From IMG/VR virus record IMGVR_UViG_3300047312_000104: a DNA stretch of 64,000 bases. The stretch is one strand, 5' to 3'. Every line of letters starts with the position of its first letter. The stretch's first letter is position 1. This stretch comes from an uncultured virus (IMG/VR IMGVR_UViG_3300047312_000104). Its lineage: Duplodnaviria > Heunggongvirae > Uroviricota > Caudoviricetes. Made by a program: the position numbers and the translations under genes. The notes under the pieces are model-generated. The model saw only the letters and a list, made by a program, of their open reading frames with translations. It was not told the origin of the DNA and made no database searches. Shown one piece after another: positions 10,756 through 20,762 of the stretch.

Positions 10756-11631
10756 TTATAGCCCCGTCCGCCACGCGAGCTGCATATTGAGTCGGACCTT
10801 CTCGTGCATCATCCATTCTTTGACCTCGGCCATCAGGTCTTTGGCGAAAGCCATGTACTGATCGTACTTCTTCTGGTCATCAATCGTGATACCGCCAGCT
10901 TGATAATTCAGCTGATTTCTCAAGTATTTCCTGGCCGCGATCGAATACAGGTGAGCAATAGTCCCCTTGGTCCAGTGATGCCGGTACGGAAACGTATTGG
11001 TATTAAAGGTAGCTGTGACGAGCCGTGGTGGAGTCTCGTTCCACATATCGACGATCTGGCGCATCGCGTAGAGGATCTCGACGTCTTCGAACTCTAGCGA
11101 GTCCAACAGCGACACTTCTCCGATCTCAATGTCACCCATGGCCAGCCGGATCTCGGGGATCGTCAGGGGGCCGCCCCCGTGGTGGTTCAATTGTGCGAAT
11201 AGGCTGGGTTCGATCGAGAGATAGACGGGCCAACTATTGATCAACACGTTGTCAGGAACGAACTGACCAACCTCGCACAGGTATACACCGGGCCGTTGGG
11301 TATTGACGCCGTCGAGCTCGAATTCCACCAACCCCCGGCAGTCATCACCCGATAGAAGTTTACCCGTTACATCGATTTGAGTCGAAGAAGTATCGAGGTA
11401 TTGATCACGGGCGCGTAGCCGCACCTGGACAGTCAAACTAGTAACTGATTTCTCCACTCCAAACACTGGAGCGTCGGCTGGGGGAGACAGGACTTCAGTG
11501 GTAAGATCCACCGGGACCCCGGTCGGGTCGACGAGACGAAACACTACCTGTTTCCGTGATCCTGCGGGGATCCGGATGACCTTGATGAGGGAAGCCTTGG
11601 AAGTCGGCTTAAGTTCGATCGGGTCGATCAC
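10756..11631 (-). CDS. Putative head-tail adaptor
   Basis: Ig-like N-terminus plus helical C-terminus (IVDMWNETPP...RNQLNYQAGGITIDD); neck position. Confidence 0.55.
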   Translation of the reverse strand: MIDPIELKPTSKASLIKVIRIPAGSRKQVVFRLVDPTGVPVDLTTEVLSPPADAPVFGVEKSVTSLTVQVRLRARDQYLDTSSTQIDVTGKLLSGDDCRGLVEFELDGVNTQRPGVYLCEVGQFVPDNVLINSWPVYLSIEPSLFAQLNHHGGGPLTIPEIRLAMGDIEIGEVSLLDSLEFEDVEILYAMRQIVDMWNETPPRLVTATFNTNTFPYRHHWTKGTIAHLYSIAARKYLRNQLNYQAGGITIDDQKKYDQYMAFAKDLMAEVKEWMMHEKVRLNMQLAWRTGL

Positions 11632-11670
11632 AGGTTATCCCCTGACGACCGATGGCCGTCTTGGCCAGGC

Positions 11671-12465
11671 TCAGTAGCCCTTCTTGTTCGCTTCGTTGTT
11701 CTCGACCTGAGGCTTCACGTCAGGCTGCTTGACCGGTGCCTCAACGGCATCCTTGGTCCCATCGGTCTTACCCTTGGCGTTCGGGGCCTTGGCGGGTGCC
11801 TGGCCTGCAACCAACTCCGACTTCGCAGCCGAAATCGCCGGAGCGTTGTTTGGTACCTGGGCTTCTGTCTCGGACTTGGGCTGTTCTGATGCCTGCTTTG
11901 AACCACCGGCAGCGCCAACCATCGGCTCACCGGTCAGTGAAGTCGAAGCCGCGCCGTGACCAGCCAATCCGCCCGCTACCCCACCAATTCCAGCGCCGGC
12001 CAAACCGCCCAAGGCGGCTCCACCGGCTACATCGCCTAGCATCCCATGACCCTTACGCTTCTTGGCCAAGATGTGGTGCAGTAGTCCGGCCGCGCCGCCG
12101 AGAGCCATCCCAGCTGGAGCGCCCATGGCCGCACCAGCACCAGCGCCCGCAATGGTCGAGGCGCTGGGGGTCAGTTGGGCGCCAATCGATTCGGCCGTCT
12201 TGAGCTTCGTCTCTTGGTTGTTCTCGACCTGAGCCGGAACTTCGGGCTGGGTCGTCTTCGTCTCAGGAGCAGACTTGGTGCGGTCACCAGACGCCTCGTG
12301 GGCATCGTTGGGGGCCTTGGTCGGTTCTGAGCCGGCGAGGATCTCGGACTTCGAGGCCGTGATCTTACTGGCATTGTTATCAACCTGCGCAGCGGTCTCG
12401 GACTTGGGCTGCTCGGAGGCGCGCTTGGCGAGAAGGTGCTTCAGGACTTCTGAGGGCTTTGACAT
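11671..12465 (-). CDS. K-x-A-motif protein with internal duplication and Gly/Ala hydrophobic core
   Basis: SEQPKSET...QVENN unit present twice around two Gly-zipper-like hydrophobic segments. Confidence 0.6.
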   Translation of the reverse strand: MSKPSEVLKHLLAKRASEQPKSETAAQVDNNASKITASKSEILAGSEPTKAPNDAHEASGDRTKSAPETKTTQPEVPAQVENNQETKLKTAESIGAQLTPSASTIAGAGAGAAMGAPAGMALGGAAGLLHHILAKKRKGHGMLGDVAGGAALGGLAGAGIGGVAGGLAGHGAASTSLTGEPMVGAAGGSKQASEQPKSETEAQVPNNAPAISAAKSELVAGQAPAKAPNAKGKTDGTKDAVEAPVKQPDVKPQVENNEANKKGY

Positions 12466-12468
12466 TTG

Positions 12469-13461
12469 TTATACCTGGACGATGGTTTGCTGAGAGAGAA
12501 CGACTGATTGGTCGGTTGTCCGGAGCGCCACGATCGCTGTGGCGATTCTAGACGTTACGGCTGTGAGCCAGAGAGTAGCGGCATCGGAAGCTTGGTCGAC
12601 GTGACCCTGGACAACGAAATTCTGAACCACCTGCATCCCGGTGGAGAGCGGGAGGAGCCGTTGGGCGACGAACACAGCACCGAAGGTTCCACCAAAATCC
12701 ACGACGGCTGGACCGTACTCGGAAAGGAGTTTCTGGTCAACGAGATTGAGGTCTAACCCGATCGTTGCCACCACGGTACTGTTGCGGATTACCGGGAGGT
12801 ACTTTACGACGCTTGAGAGCGGGTAAGTGGAACTAGGGTCACCGGCCTTGGAGGCGTTGATGACCGGGTGGTTCACAATGGGGACGATTGGGAAACCAGA
12901 AGTCCAGTCGCCAGGCGTGTACGAGAATGTGATGGCGGCGTCGAACTGGAAATCAGCGGCGAAGGTGACCCGGAGGATTCGAGGATCGTCGCCTGCCACG
13001 GCAGAGGTAAAGCCCAGCGGGTCGCCGTTGACCAAGAAGGCCAACCCGTTCAGGTATCCGGTGCTGGTGACAGGTTCGTTCCACACCAACGAGACAACGT
13101 TATTTTCGCCTGCCACCAAGTTAGTCGTGACACTCAGGAGGGCAGCGTGGAGCGACGAATTGGTAGCAGTGGTGGGCGCGAAGGTCAGGACAGGCGAGAG
13201 CCCAGTCGCGAGGTCAACCAGGTCACCGGGGGACTCCGTGTAGGAGGCTTGGACCAAATCACCAGTTTGGATCACACCATCAACGGTCAGGAGAACCGTA
13301 GCGGTCGCGATCGAAACTGCGAGGATGTCCCTCGCGACACCGTTGATCTGTACCCCCCACCCCAGGCCTGGCTGGCCAGTCGGGGAGACCGGGGCGGCGC
13401 TGAATAGAGCGCTGACGACCGTTTCGGTGCAGGTCAGACTCGACAGAACAGGAGCTGGCAT
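12469..13461 (-). CDS. Putative virion structural protein with tandem beta-sandwich domains
   Basis: Thr/Val/Ser-rich; two similar domains ending SYT.. and ..TNSS/INAS. Confidence 0.45.
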   Translation of the reverse strand: MPAPVLSSLTCTETVVSALFSAAPVSPTGQPGLGWGVQINGVARDILAVSIATATVLLTVDGVIQTGDLVQASYTESPGDLVDLATGLSPVLTFAPTTATNSSLHAALLSVTTNLVAGENNVVSLVWNEPVTSTGYLNGLAFLVNGDPLGFTSAVAGDDPRILRVTFAADFQFDAAITFSYTPGDWTSGFPIVPIVNHPVINASKAGDPSSTYPLSSVVKYLPVIRNSTVVATIGLDLNLVDQKLLSEYGPAVVDFGGTFGAVFVAQRLLPLSTGMQVVQNFVVQGHVDQASDAATLWLTAVTSRIATAIVALRTTDQSVVLSQQTIVQV

Positions 13462-13491
13462 GCTATGATCCTACGGGGCCCAGAAGGGTCC

Positions 13492-14376
13492 TCAATGGGC
13501 GGGAGGGGCTTTACGGTCGAGGGATTCGATCTCCCCCACGACTCTGTAGCACATTAGCATCGCCTGATCCCTCACCTGAGTGACGCGTTGTTCATGGTCG
13601 ACGTCTTTGGCCATCGAGATTTTGTTCGAAGCCTTGCAGAACCGCTCCGCAGCTTCTTTCGCTACCGCCCCGATGGTAGGGCCCCCCTCGATATCGGCCT
13701 TGGCCAGGGCTTGGGCGCAATCCACCTGGGCCCGTTCGATCGTAGCCTTCAACCTGGCCCACCCGAGGTCAGTGGTACCGCGGAACAGATCCGGGGTAAG
13801 GTCGCGGATAAACCCATACCAGACGGCGCAGTAGATCTTGAGCTGCTGGGCCAACTGTTGGGATTTGAGATTGGCAGCATTCTGGGAGACGATCTGGTAT
13901 ACATCCCTCGTGTAGGGGAGAGACACATCGGCGTCCCCCACATCGGTCTTGAACCCGAAATTGTTAGTCTTGGAGTTCACCAGCGAGAGGACCTTCGAGG
14001 CATACGGGACCGGGAGGCCGAGCCACACCAGGTTCTCAATGATCGAGACTAACTCGGTACAGACCAGCAGCCCTATGGCCCCCATGGTACCAATCTGGGT
14101 CCCGAGGACCGAGTGTTCGGCCATCGCGATAATGGTTATGAAACAGATGTAGATGAAGAGCTTGGTGAGACCTCTCCGCATCCCAGCACTACTGAGGCGG
14201 TGCATCTGGCGGGCCACTAGGACCCCGGTGGCGAAGTCGACACAAAATAGGAATAGGAGGACGTGGAGGGTTAGGGCCTGGGGGGCCAGGGCAGCCAACA
14301 GGAGGACCCCAAGGGCCTTAAGGCCCAGGAGCTGGCACGCCTGGTGCCAGTAGTACAGTATCTGTTCTTTTATCAC
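13492..14376 (-). CDS. Holin (holin family 4-like) with long soluble C-terminal extension
   Basis: Three to four hydrophobic helices; motifs DFATG...LSSAGMRRGLTK and ELVSIIENLVWLGLPVP. Confidence 0.7.
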   Translation of the reverse strand: MIKEQILYYWHQACQLLGLKALGVLLLAALAPQALTLHVLLFLFCVDFATGVLVARQMHRLSSAGMRRGLTKLFIYICFITIIAMAEHSVLGTQIGTMGAIGLLVCTELVSIIENLVWLGLPVPYASKVLSLVNSKTNNFGFKTDVGDADVSLPYTRDVYQIVSQNAANLKSQQLAQQLKIYCAVWYGFIRDLTPDLFRGTTDLGWARLKATIERAQVDCAQALAKADIEGGPTIGAVAKEAAERFCKASNKISMAKDVDHEQRVTQVRDQAMLMCYRVVGEIESLDRKAPPAH

Positions 14377-14397
14377 CAGGCCCCCGCGACCATCAAA

Positions 14398-14784
14398 TTA
14401 GCTGTCAAGATTAGGGGCGGGGATCTCTGGCGCCTCTGCGGACTCACTGGGGGCATCTGGGGCAACAACGGGGACGTCAGGGGTATCTGGGCCCAGTTGG
14501 GGCGTTGCGTCGACCTGAGGGGCTGAGAATGGCGCCTGGGCTGGTTCCTCGGTGGCCACGACGGGGTCGTCTTTATCGCCATCCCACCAGGCAAAGGTAA
14601 CCAGACCGGCCGCCACAGGCTGGCGCCAACGGCCGCGCAGAAGGGGCCGGATATCGACAGCGAGGTGGTACACCCCTGGGCCAAGGCGACGAATCAAAGG
14701 GGGCAACCGGAGCGACCTATGGACCGTCAGGACCAGATGAGGCTCGGAAGGGTCAGCCGGAGGTTGGAGGAGATCTATCGACAT
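14398..14784 (-). CDS. Hypothetical protein
   Basis: 128 aa, Pro/acidic C-terminus, same strand as operon. Confidence 0.45.
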   Translation of the reverse strand: MSIDLLQPPADPSEPHLVLTVHRSLRLPPLIRRLGPGVYHLAVDIRPLLRGRWRQPVAAGLVTFAWWDGDKDDPVVATEEPAQAPFSAPQVDATPQLGPDTPDVPVVAPDAPSESAEAPEIPAPNLDS

Positions 14785-14937
14785 CTTTAGTCTTCTGAGG
14801 GGTGTAGAGACGTGACAGCTTCTTCAGGGAGTCATCGTTAGCAAGCCCCGGGTTACGGCGACGTGCCGCAGCGAGCTTCAATAGGGACCCGAGGATCTGG
14901 GAAGGGGTGGCCATAATAGAAAGTTAACCGCAGTAAC

Positions 14938-14970
14938 GAAGAAACCCAGGGGGTTTCCCTGGGTTTCTTC
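14938..14970 (-). terminator. Intrinsic terminator after major capsid gene
   Basis: GAAGAAACCCAGGG-AAACC-CCCTGGGTTTCTTC inverted repeat ~30 nt past the capsid stop. Confidence 0.7.
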
Positions 14971-15002
14971 TGCCTTCTAAGCCTAGGTTTACCTAGAACT
15001 TA

Positions 15003-15941
15003 TCAGCTCACCGCGATGGTGATCTTGGCCACGGCGGCCGGATTACCGATCGTCGCGCCGCGTTCGCAGTACGCGAAGAACTCGATGTTGTAGGCTTTTT
15101 TGTCTACGTACATCGTGGTGTCTTCGAGGACGAACGACTTGCCGAGGAACTCGGGCGAAGCGAACACCCAGAAGACCGACTCCGCAACCAGCTCCGTCTT
15201 GTTCGTCACAACCCAGTTGCAACCCAGCAGCTTCTTCTGCTGGAAACCCTCGACGAGCATCGACTCGCTGAGGTCACCACCGGTTTCGTCGCGGCCAAAC
15301 TTGGCAACGTCGTGGATGGTGATGTTGTTACACAGGATCGTAACCGCGTCCAAGTGGGCGAAGGTACGGGGGAGGACCTTGCGGATCTCGAACAGCGAGT
15401 TACGGGTGATGCCCGAGCTGTCGATGATCTTCAGGTTCTGGATGATGCCGGTCTCGGTAACGGTCGAGCCCTGGGTACCGACGATCGAGTCGCAGGCCGC
15501 AATCATCTTGCGGTCGAGCTCGAAGTCCATGTCCAGGATCGCGTTGTCCGAGATCACCTGGCGGATGTCCATCCCGTAGCTACGCAGCTCCGAGATATCC
15601 TTGGTGAACTTGCTGGTCACGATACGGTCGAAGAACACCGGGTAGCGGTCGCCCCGGAAGTAGTACTGGACCGGCTGCATGCCGAGCGGGATCGTGATGG
15701 CGGCGGGCGAGTTAGGTTCACGCTCGACCAGCTTCACGTTCTTGTCCGTGTTGAGCTGGGGGGTGAGCTCGTCGTCACCAATCTTCACACCCGGGAGAAT
15801 CTTCTCGAAGAAAGAAGATTCGCGAATGCGAATGCGGGTGAAGTCCGTCACCATGTCGGCGGCTTCCTTGATCTGCCCGGCGTCGAGCATACCAAAGAAC
15901 GCGCGGTTTGACTGCGCGGCACTGAGTTTTTGAGTGGTCAT
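15003..15941 (-). CDS. Major capsid protein (HK97-like fold inferred)
   Basis: 312 aa, strong codon bias, last gene of protease-scaffold-decoration run, followed by terminator; C-terminal 'YCERGATIGNPAAVAKI'. Confidence 0.75.
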   Translation of the reverse strand: MTTQKLSAAQSNRAFFGMLDAGQIKEAADMVTDFTRIRIRESSFFEKILPGVKIGDDELTPQLNTDKNVKLVEREPNSPAAITIPLGMQPVQYYFRGDRYPVFFDRIVTSKFTKDISELRSYGMDIRQVISDNAILDMDFELDRKMIAACDSIVGTQGSTVTETGIIQNLKIIDSSGITRNSLFEIRKVLPRTFAHLDAVTILCNNITIHDVAKFGRDETGGDLSESMLVEGFQQKKLLGCNWVVTNKTELVAESVFWVFASPEFLGKSFVLEDTTMYVDKKAYNIEFFAYCERGATIGNPAAVAKITIAVS

Positions 15942-15968
15942 TTGAGTGATTTTCTTGTTTGTGGTTAA

Positions 15969-16514
15969 TTAGGGGGCGACCGGAACGGTCGAACCGGCCA
16001 CGTATGCCGGGTAGAAGGCCAAAGTCGCATATCCGTCGGGACCCGTGTACTTGCCGCGCGGGCTGACGTAACCCACGACCACGTCGGTCGAGGCATTTAC
16101 GTTGCAGAGCTTACCGGCATCGGCCAGGGCCGTAGCCGCGGTCGACAGGGCAGTCAGAGGCGCACCGATCACATAGGAGTCGGCTGAGTCGAACTCAGTC
16201 GTGCTGAGCTCCACTGCGGCCTTGCTGGCGATCACACCGAAGCGAGCGGCACCAGCGTACGGCATACCGCGCGTGCGGTCGACGTCCGGGCTGTTGTTGA
16301 GATCGAGACCCGACCACGCGTAGAACGGCAGCTTGGCGGTGGCCAGGCCGGGGGTCAAGAGACCACCAGCGGTGTGGGTCATCACGCGACCGGCAACAAC
16401 CGCGAGGTTGTCGTTGGCGTGCGAGTCGAGGATACCGGTCTCATCGACGATCGAATTGCGGTCACCCTTGAGGACTTCAAGTTTGTGAGCGCCCATTGAG
16501 GTAGGGATGGTCAT
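15969..16514 (-). CDS. Putative capsid decoration/cement protein
   Basis: 181 aa, beta-rich, directly upstream of capsid gene. Confidence 0.55.
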   Translation of the reverse strand: MTIPTSMGAHKLEVLKGDRNSIVDETGILDSHANDNLAVVAGRVMTHTAGGLLTPGLATAKLPFYAWSGLDLNNSPDVDRTRGMPYAGAARFGVIASKAAVELSTTEFDSADSYVIGAPLTALSTAATALADAGKLCNVNASTDVVVGYVSPRGKYTGPDGYATLAFYPAYVAGSTVPVAP

Positions 16515-16559
16515 TGGAATATGTCTTTCAGGAAGATTTTATGGTTAGGGTTAGGTGAA

Positions 16560-16967
16560 TTACTTCAGGTACTTATTGATGCGCTCGTCCCAAGTCTCAT
16601 TCGCAGTCTTGGGCTGCTCTGTCGAGACAACCAATTGACCAACCCTGGGAGCACTGGGGAGAAGTTCAGCGAGCTTCGAAAGAGCCTTGAGGGACTGTGC
16701 ATGGGAACCACTCACCAGAGCAGCCCACGTGTCAGCCTTCTCTTGAGTGGACAGTCCGCCATTGTGAAGCAGCTTATCGGCCGCAACCTTGGCTACCGCG
16801 ACGTGTTCCGCATGGACCTTGTCGGCGTCGGCCGCTTCCTTCTCGGAAGCAGTCTTTTCAGACTTGATTGACTCGGCCAGCTGGACACACTCGGTGGACT
16901 TACCCTCTAGAGCCTTTTCGAGCTCTTCGATTCGGTCAGCCGCTTGCTTGAGGAGTTCTTTGGACAT
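16560..16967 (-). CDS. Coiled-coil head assembly (scaffold-like) protein
   Basis: 135 aa helical, K-x-A motifs (LKQAA, EKTAS). Confidence 0.5.
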   Translation of the reverse strand: MSKELLKQAADRIEELEKALEGKSTECVQLAESIKSEKTASEKEAADADKVHAEHVAVAKVAADKLLHNGGLSTQEKADTWAALVSGSHAQSLKALSKLAELLPSAPRVGQLVVSTEQPKTANETWDERINKYLK

Positions 16968-16976
16968 TAGGTGCCT

Positions 16977-18311
16977 TTACTTAGCAGGAGCGGCGGAAGC
17001 TTCTGCTTCCATGGCCGCAGCCATCTTACCCATGATCAGATTACGTACCTTAACCCGATAGTCAGCAACTGCTGCCATCTTAGGATCGGCATGAGCCTGG
17101 GGGGCCGCGGGGGCCTCAGCCAGGAGCTGCTTGAGCTGCTCGGGCGTGATGCCCATCTCGGTCAGGACGTGCAGGAGGGCCGCCTTCTGCTCTTCCGAGA
17201 CCGGCTGGAGGCCGCCCATCGGGTCCTGACCACCATGGGCCGGGGGAGCCGGAGGGGCATCAGGAGAGACCGGGCCACCGCCGGTGATGGCAGCTGCGTC
17301 GGGCTTGGGGGCCTCGTGCTTGGGCTCTTCGGCGGGCTTATCGTCGTGGTCGTTATATTCGCCGGCCATCTCTTCGGCAACTTTGACCCCAACCGCGTAC
17401 CCAGCATTCACTTCGTTGCTGTAGAGGGTCGAGAGCTTCTTGATGTAGTCAGGATGGTCAGGGCCAACGTCAGCGGCAGCCATCTTGGCTTCCAGGGCAG
17501 GGTCCTGCATCTGGCCGGCATCAGCCGGAGGGGCACCAGCGTCAGGGCCAGCAGCCATCGGAGGAGCCGGAGGGGCGCCCGCACCAGCGTCAGGGCCAGC
17601 CGGAGGAGCACCAGCACCCTGGGCCTGATGCAGTTCCTGCATGGCCTGGATGAGGTCTTGTTCAGTGATGGCGCCCGACTGGGCCATCTGGAGGAGCATC
17701 TGTTCGGCCTGCTCTTCACCCTGGGGACCTTGGGCCTGCTGGCCCATCTGGTCGGCACCCGCCTGGGCAGCCGCAGGGTCATCAAGGGCACCGGCACTCT
17801 TGACGTTCTTCCGGGCCCAATCGGCCAGGAAACGATCAAGCGCGCTAGCCTTCTTCTCGAAGGCCTTCTTCAAAAACTTGATAGCCGGGTTCTCTTCTTC
17901 GCCAGGAGCCGCAACCGCAGTGGCACCTTCCGAGGCGGCCTTGCGGAGTTGCTCAACCAACGAGGCCGACTTGATTCCGCCCTCAGGACCATTCGGGGCA
18001 TCTTGCTTCTTTTCCAGCACGCCACCCTTGGCGCCTTCTTGACCAGAGGTCGAGACCGCCGCGGCGCCCTCGGTGGAGTTCTCAACCGAGCCCCCAACCG
18101 GATTCGTCTTGGCTCCGCCGTCGACCTTTGCGGCCGTACCCTTGGCTGCCATCTCTTTATTCTTGGCCATTTGCTCGCCCGTTACGGGCTTCGAAGTACC
18201 GTCATCAACCCCATCACCAGGCGAAGCCTTCTTGGTTAGACGCGCTGACTTCTCGTCAGCAGCCTTTTTCACCAACCCGTTCAGGGCTTCCATGATGTTC
18301 TTAGAGGCCAT
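16977..18311 (-). CDS. Scaffold-like low-complexity protein (start probably MASKN at 18311)
   Basis: Ala/Pro/Gly/Gln-rich with about nine K-x-A motifs; follows protease; the longer track start at 18494 overlaps the protease gene. Confidence 0.55.
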   Translation of the reverse strand: MASKNIMEALNGLVKKAADEKSARLTKKASPGDGVDDGTSKPVTGEQMAKNKEMAAKGTAAKVDGGAKTNPVGGSVENSTEGAAAVSTSGQEGAKGGVLEKKQDAPNGPEGGIKSASLVEQLRKAASEGATAVAAPGEEENPAIKFLKKAFEKKASALDRFLADWARKNVKSAGALDDPAAAQAGADQMGQQAQGPQGEEQAEQMLLQMAQSGAITEQDLIQAMQELHQAQGAGAPPAGPDAGAGAPPAPPMAAGPDAGAPPADAGQMQDPALEAKMAAADVGPDHPDYIKKLSTLYSNEVNAGYAVGVKVAEEMAGEYNDHDDKPAEEPKHEAPKPDAAAITGGGPVSPDAPPAPPAHGGQDPMGGLQPVSEEQKAALLHVLTEMGITPEQLKQLLAEAPAAPQAHADPKMAAVADYRVKVRNLIMGKMAAAMEAEASAAPAK

Positions 18312-18339
18312 TTGAGAGTTCCTTACAGCTGATTTGAAA

Positions 18340-19695
18340 TTAGACGGGCCTCGTAGGCCCGCAAGAAGGATGTTGGGTATTTGAACACACAACAGCCTGG
18401 AGGATGGAAGGGTTGTGGCGATTCGCTTCGTTGGAGGCAAAGGCCAACTTGTAGTGGAGATATAGGTCAGCAAGCCCGCGGGCTTCGACATCATCGATCG
18501 CTAGGGCGAACTTGGGGACCCCACGGGTCGGGTCTAGGGTCTCGATGGAACCCTTGAGCACACGAGCCCTTACGGGACCCTGGTGCATGGACGACTGATT
18601 GTGGAGTTCGTGGTGGGTCCCCTCATCCATCAGGATATGGTCGGGGTCGTCGCACCCGTCCAGGTCCTCGATCTCGGTAGGGTCATCCAGGAGACGGCCG
18701 AATCCACTGTGGAGATTATCCTCAGACACCAGGGCCAACTTCGACTTCCCTACTATCACCTCAGTAAAATCAGGAAAGCTGAGGAGCTGGCCAGAACGGT
18801 GGAGACGGCCCAAAACGTGGTCGACCCCGTGGTGATCGCAGGCGCGCTTGAGCTGCTGGACTGCGTGGTCGGATAGCTTATTGGGACCGACAGGAATCGG
18901 CTTCCCGGTCGCCTTGGTGTGCTTTTCCATCTCAGCCAGCCGCACCAATGTAGCGTGCTTGATAGACCCGCACATCCGCAGACCAAAATGTTCGGCCAGC
19001 TCGTGTCCGCCCACGACCCCGTTCTCACTAGCAACTTTCCGTAGAGCGTATCCGATTCTGTCGGCCGGCTTGAACACCGTCGAGAGATCAAAGTATCCGG
19101 GCTTCGGATTCTGCATGTAGATCTTGGTGCCGTCTTCGGTCACTTCGCCAAGCTTCGTCCGGATATGGTCGCAGTGCTGCTTCGGAGTCTTGGCCTTGTG
19201 CTTGCAGTACGAACATACGTCGTAGTCCTGCATGGAACCCATCGAGACCGGGATATCTTCGCCCTTCTCGAAACCAGCCAATTCTTCCGCGTATTTTGAA
19301 TTATCCAGACCGGCCAGGATCTCGATCCTGTCCATGTCGTCGTTGTGGGTTGTCGCGAGGATCTCACCGGTGGCGAGAGCTGGCGAATGATTCTTATGAT
19401 TCTTAAAGACGTGTCCGGCCGACTTGAACAGCCCGTGCCGCTCTTTGTTGTCCTCGCGATTGAACGCGTCCCCGTTCCTATTATCCCCGTAGCGCTCTTC
19501 GTCCCCGACTGCGATAACGTGCAGGACGGTCCTCTTGGGGTCTGGCTTCAGTTCTGAAATTTCTTTCTCGAACATTCCACCGGACGCACGCTTGTGCATC
19601 CATCCCTGGTCAACTCCGCGTGAATGCAGAGGGACCAGAGCTACTGAAGGCTCGTCGAAGTCGTATGAACCGCTGAGGATGATTTTATGGATCAT
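18340..19695 (-). CDS. Prohead maturation protease with Zn-binding insertion
   Basis: NRNGDAF, HVFKNHKN, VSMGS..YDVCSYC...HCDHI, FDLSTVFKPADRI motifs of phage prohead serine proteases; upstream of scaffold and capsid. Confidence 0.7.
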   Translation of the reverse strand: MIHKIILSGSYDFDEPSVALVPLHSRGVDQGWMHKRASGGMFEKEISELKPDPKRTVLHVIAVGDEERYGDNRNGDAFNREDNKERHGLFKSAGHVFKNHKNHSPALATGEILATTHNDDMDRIEILAGLDNSKYAEELAGFEKGEDIPVSMGSMQDYDVCSYCKHKAKTPKQHCDHIRTKLGEVTEDGTKIYMQNPKPGYFDLSTVFKPADRIGYALRKVASENGVVGGHELAEHFGLRMCGSIKHATLVRLAEMEKHTKATGKPIPVGPNKLSDHAVQQLKRACDHHGVDHVLGRLHRSGQLLSFPDFTEVIVGKSKLALVSEDNLHSGFGRLLDDPTEIEDLDGCDDPDHILMDEGTHHELHNQSSMHQGPVRARVLKGSIETLDPTRGVPKFALAIDDVEARGLADLYLHYKLAFASNEANRHNPSILQAVVCSNTQHPSCGPTRPV

Positions 19696-20762
19696 TAGAG
19701 ACCAAACCCGCGGTTAGCCAGATAACCGGCGGCGCCGCCTAAGAGCGCGTTACGTCCAACCCGCTTTCCGGCTGAGAGGGTTGACCCGGATAGTCCCTTC
19801 ATGGACTCCAACCGGTTAGCGAAATCCGACGGTCTCATCTTCATACGTTCTGGCATTCCTTGGCGAATCTTTTGAGCCAGTTCGACCTTAGGGTCGACAG
19901 AAGGTCCCTTGTATCCCTCAAGGATTTTCTGCGGTCCGCCGAGGCTAAGCTGGCCCTTGGTGCGCGAAGCTCTCGGTTCAGCCGGGGCAGACGGAAGAGT
20001 GGCGGGAGGCTGACCTTCCATCTGGTCTGCCTGTCTAAGGCCAGCCTGAATTTGGGCGAGGTCGTGCGGACCTCTGAAATGATTTGATAGTGTACGCCAC
20101 ATACCGTTACCAGCCGGCATTTCCTTGCCGGTGGCAAGATTGTAAGCTTGGCGAAGCGGATGGGCGAAATCCTCCGGAGTAGTGGGATCCATCACGTTTC
20201 CGGCATGCCTAGCCATGTTCGGCTCACCTCGGGCCGCCTTGGCTGGATCGCCCCCTACGGTATCCTTGGCTCCGACGGTTTTACCGCCAAGACTTTTGTC
20301 CAATGTTTGAGACGCAGCACTCGCCTCTGTCCCGGGAGCCGCGCCGCTCGATAGACGACCTAGGCCGCCGAGACTGCCCGTGAGTCCTTTATGATTCCAA
20401 GGTAAGCGATACTTACCCAAACCAAGTTCCCCACCGGCACCGCCGGCTAAGGCTCCCAGGACGGTCGATGATGCCCCAGTATTCTTTTCCAGCAATCCAG
20501 GGGCTTCTGGACGATTCAGAAACTTATTAGCCTTCTCGGCAATACTGTCATTTGGGCCAGCCACCTGAGGGGGCGATACGAAATCGTTAACCCCCTTGGA
20601 AATCTGGGGCCAATACTTGTGGCCATAGTAGGCACCAGCACCAAGTCCAGCCAATCCGAGACCGGTCGCCAGGTAATCCCGCCAGTGGGACTTCTGCTTA
20701 CCGCGATCCTCTTCGGCTTCGTTTGATGCCAAGAGATCTGCTGCCTGTTTGGCGAACGTCAC
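19695..20762 (-). CDS. Putative internal virion protein (K-x-A, Gly-rich hydrophobic helices)
   Basis: MTFAKQAA start; GLGLAGLGAGAYYG and ALLGGAAGYL segments. Confidence 0.5.
   Translation of the reverse strand: MTFAKQAADLLASNEAEEDRGKQKSHWRDYLATGLGLAGLGAGAYYGHKYWPQISKGVNDFVSPPQVAGPNDSIAEKANKFLNRPEAPGLLEKNTGASSTVLGALAGGAGGELGLGKYRLPWNHKGLTGSLGGLGRLSSGAAPGTEASAASQTLDKSLGGKTVGAKDTVGGDPAKAARGEPNMARHAGNVMDPTTPEDFAHPLRQAYNLATGKEMPAGNGMWRTLSNHFRGPHDLAQIQAGLRQADQMEGQPPATLPSAPAEPRASRTKGQLSLGGPQKILEGYKGPSVDPKVELAQKIRQGMPERMKMRPSDFANRLESMKGLSGSTLSAGKRVGRNALLGGAAGYLANRGFGL

Noticed and set aside
6321..18239. Long plus-strand ORFs (e.g. 6759..7778, 16971..18239)
   Set aside because: Antisense shadows of GC-biased minus-strand genes with no recognisable motifs
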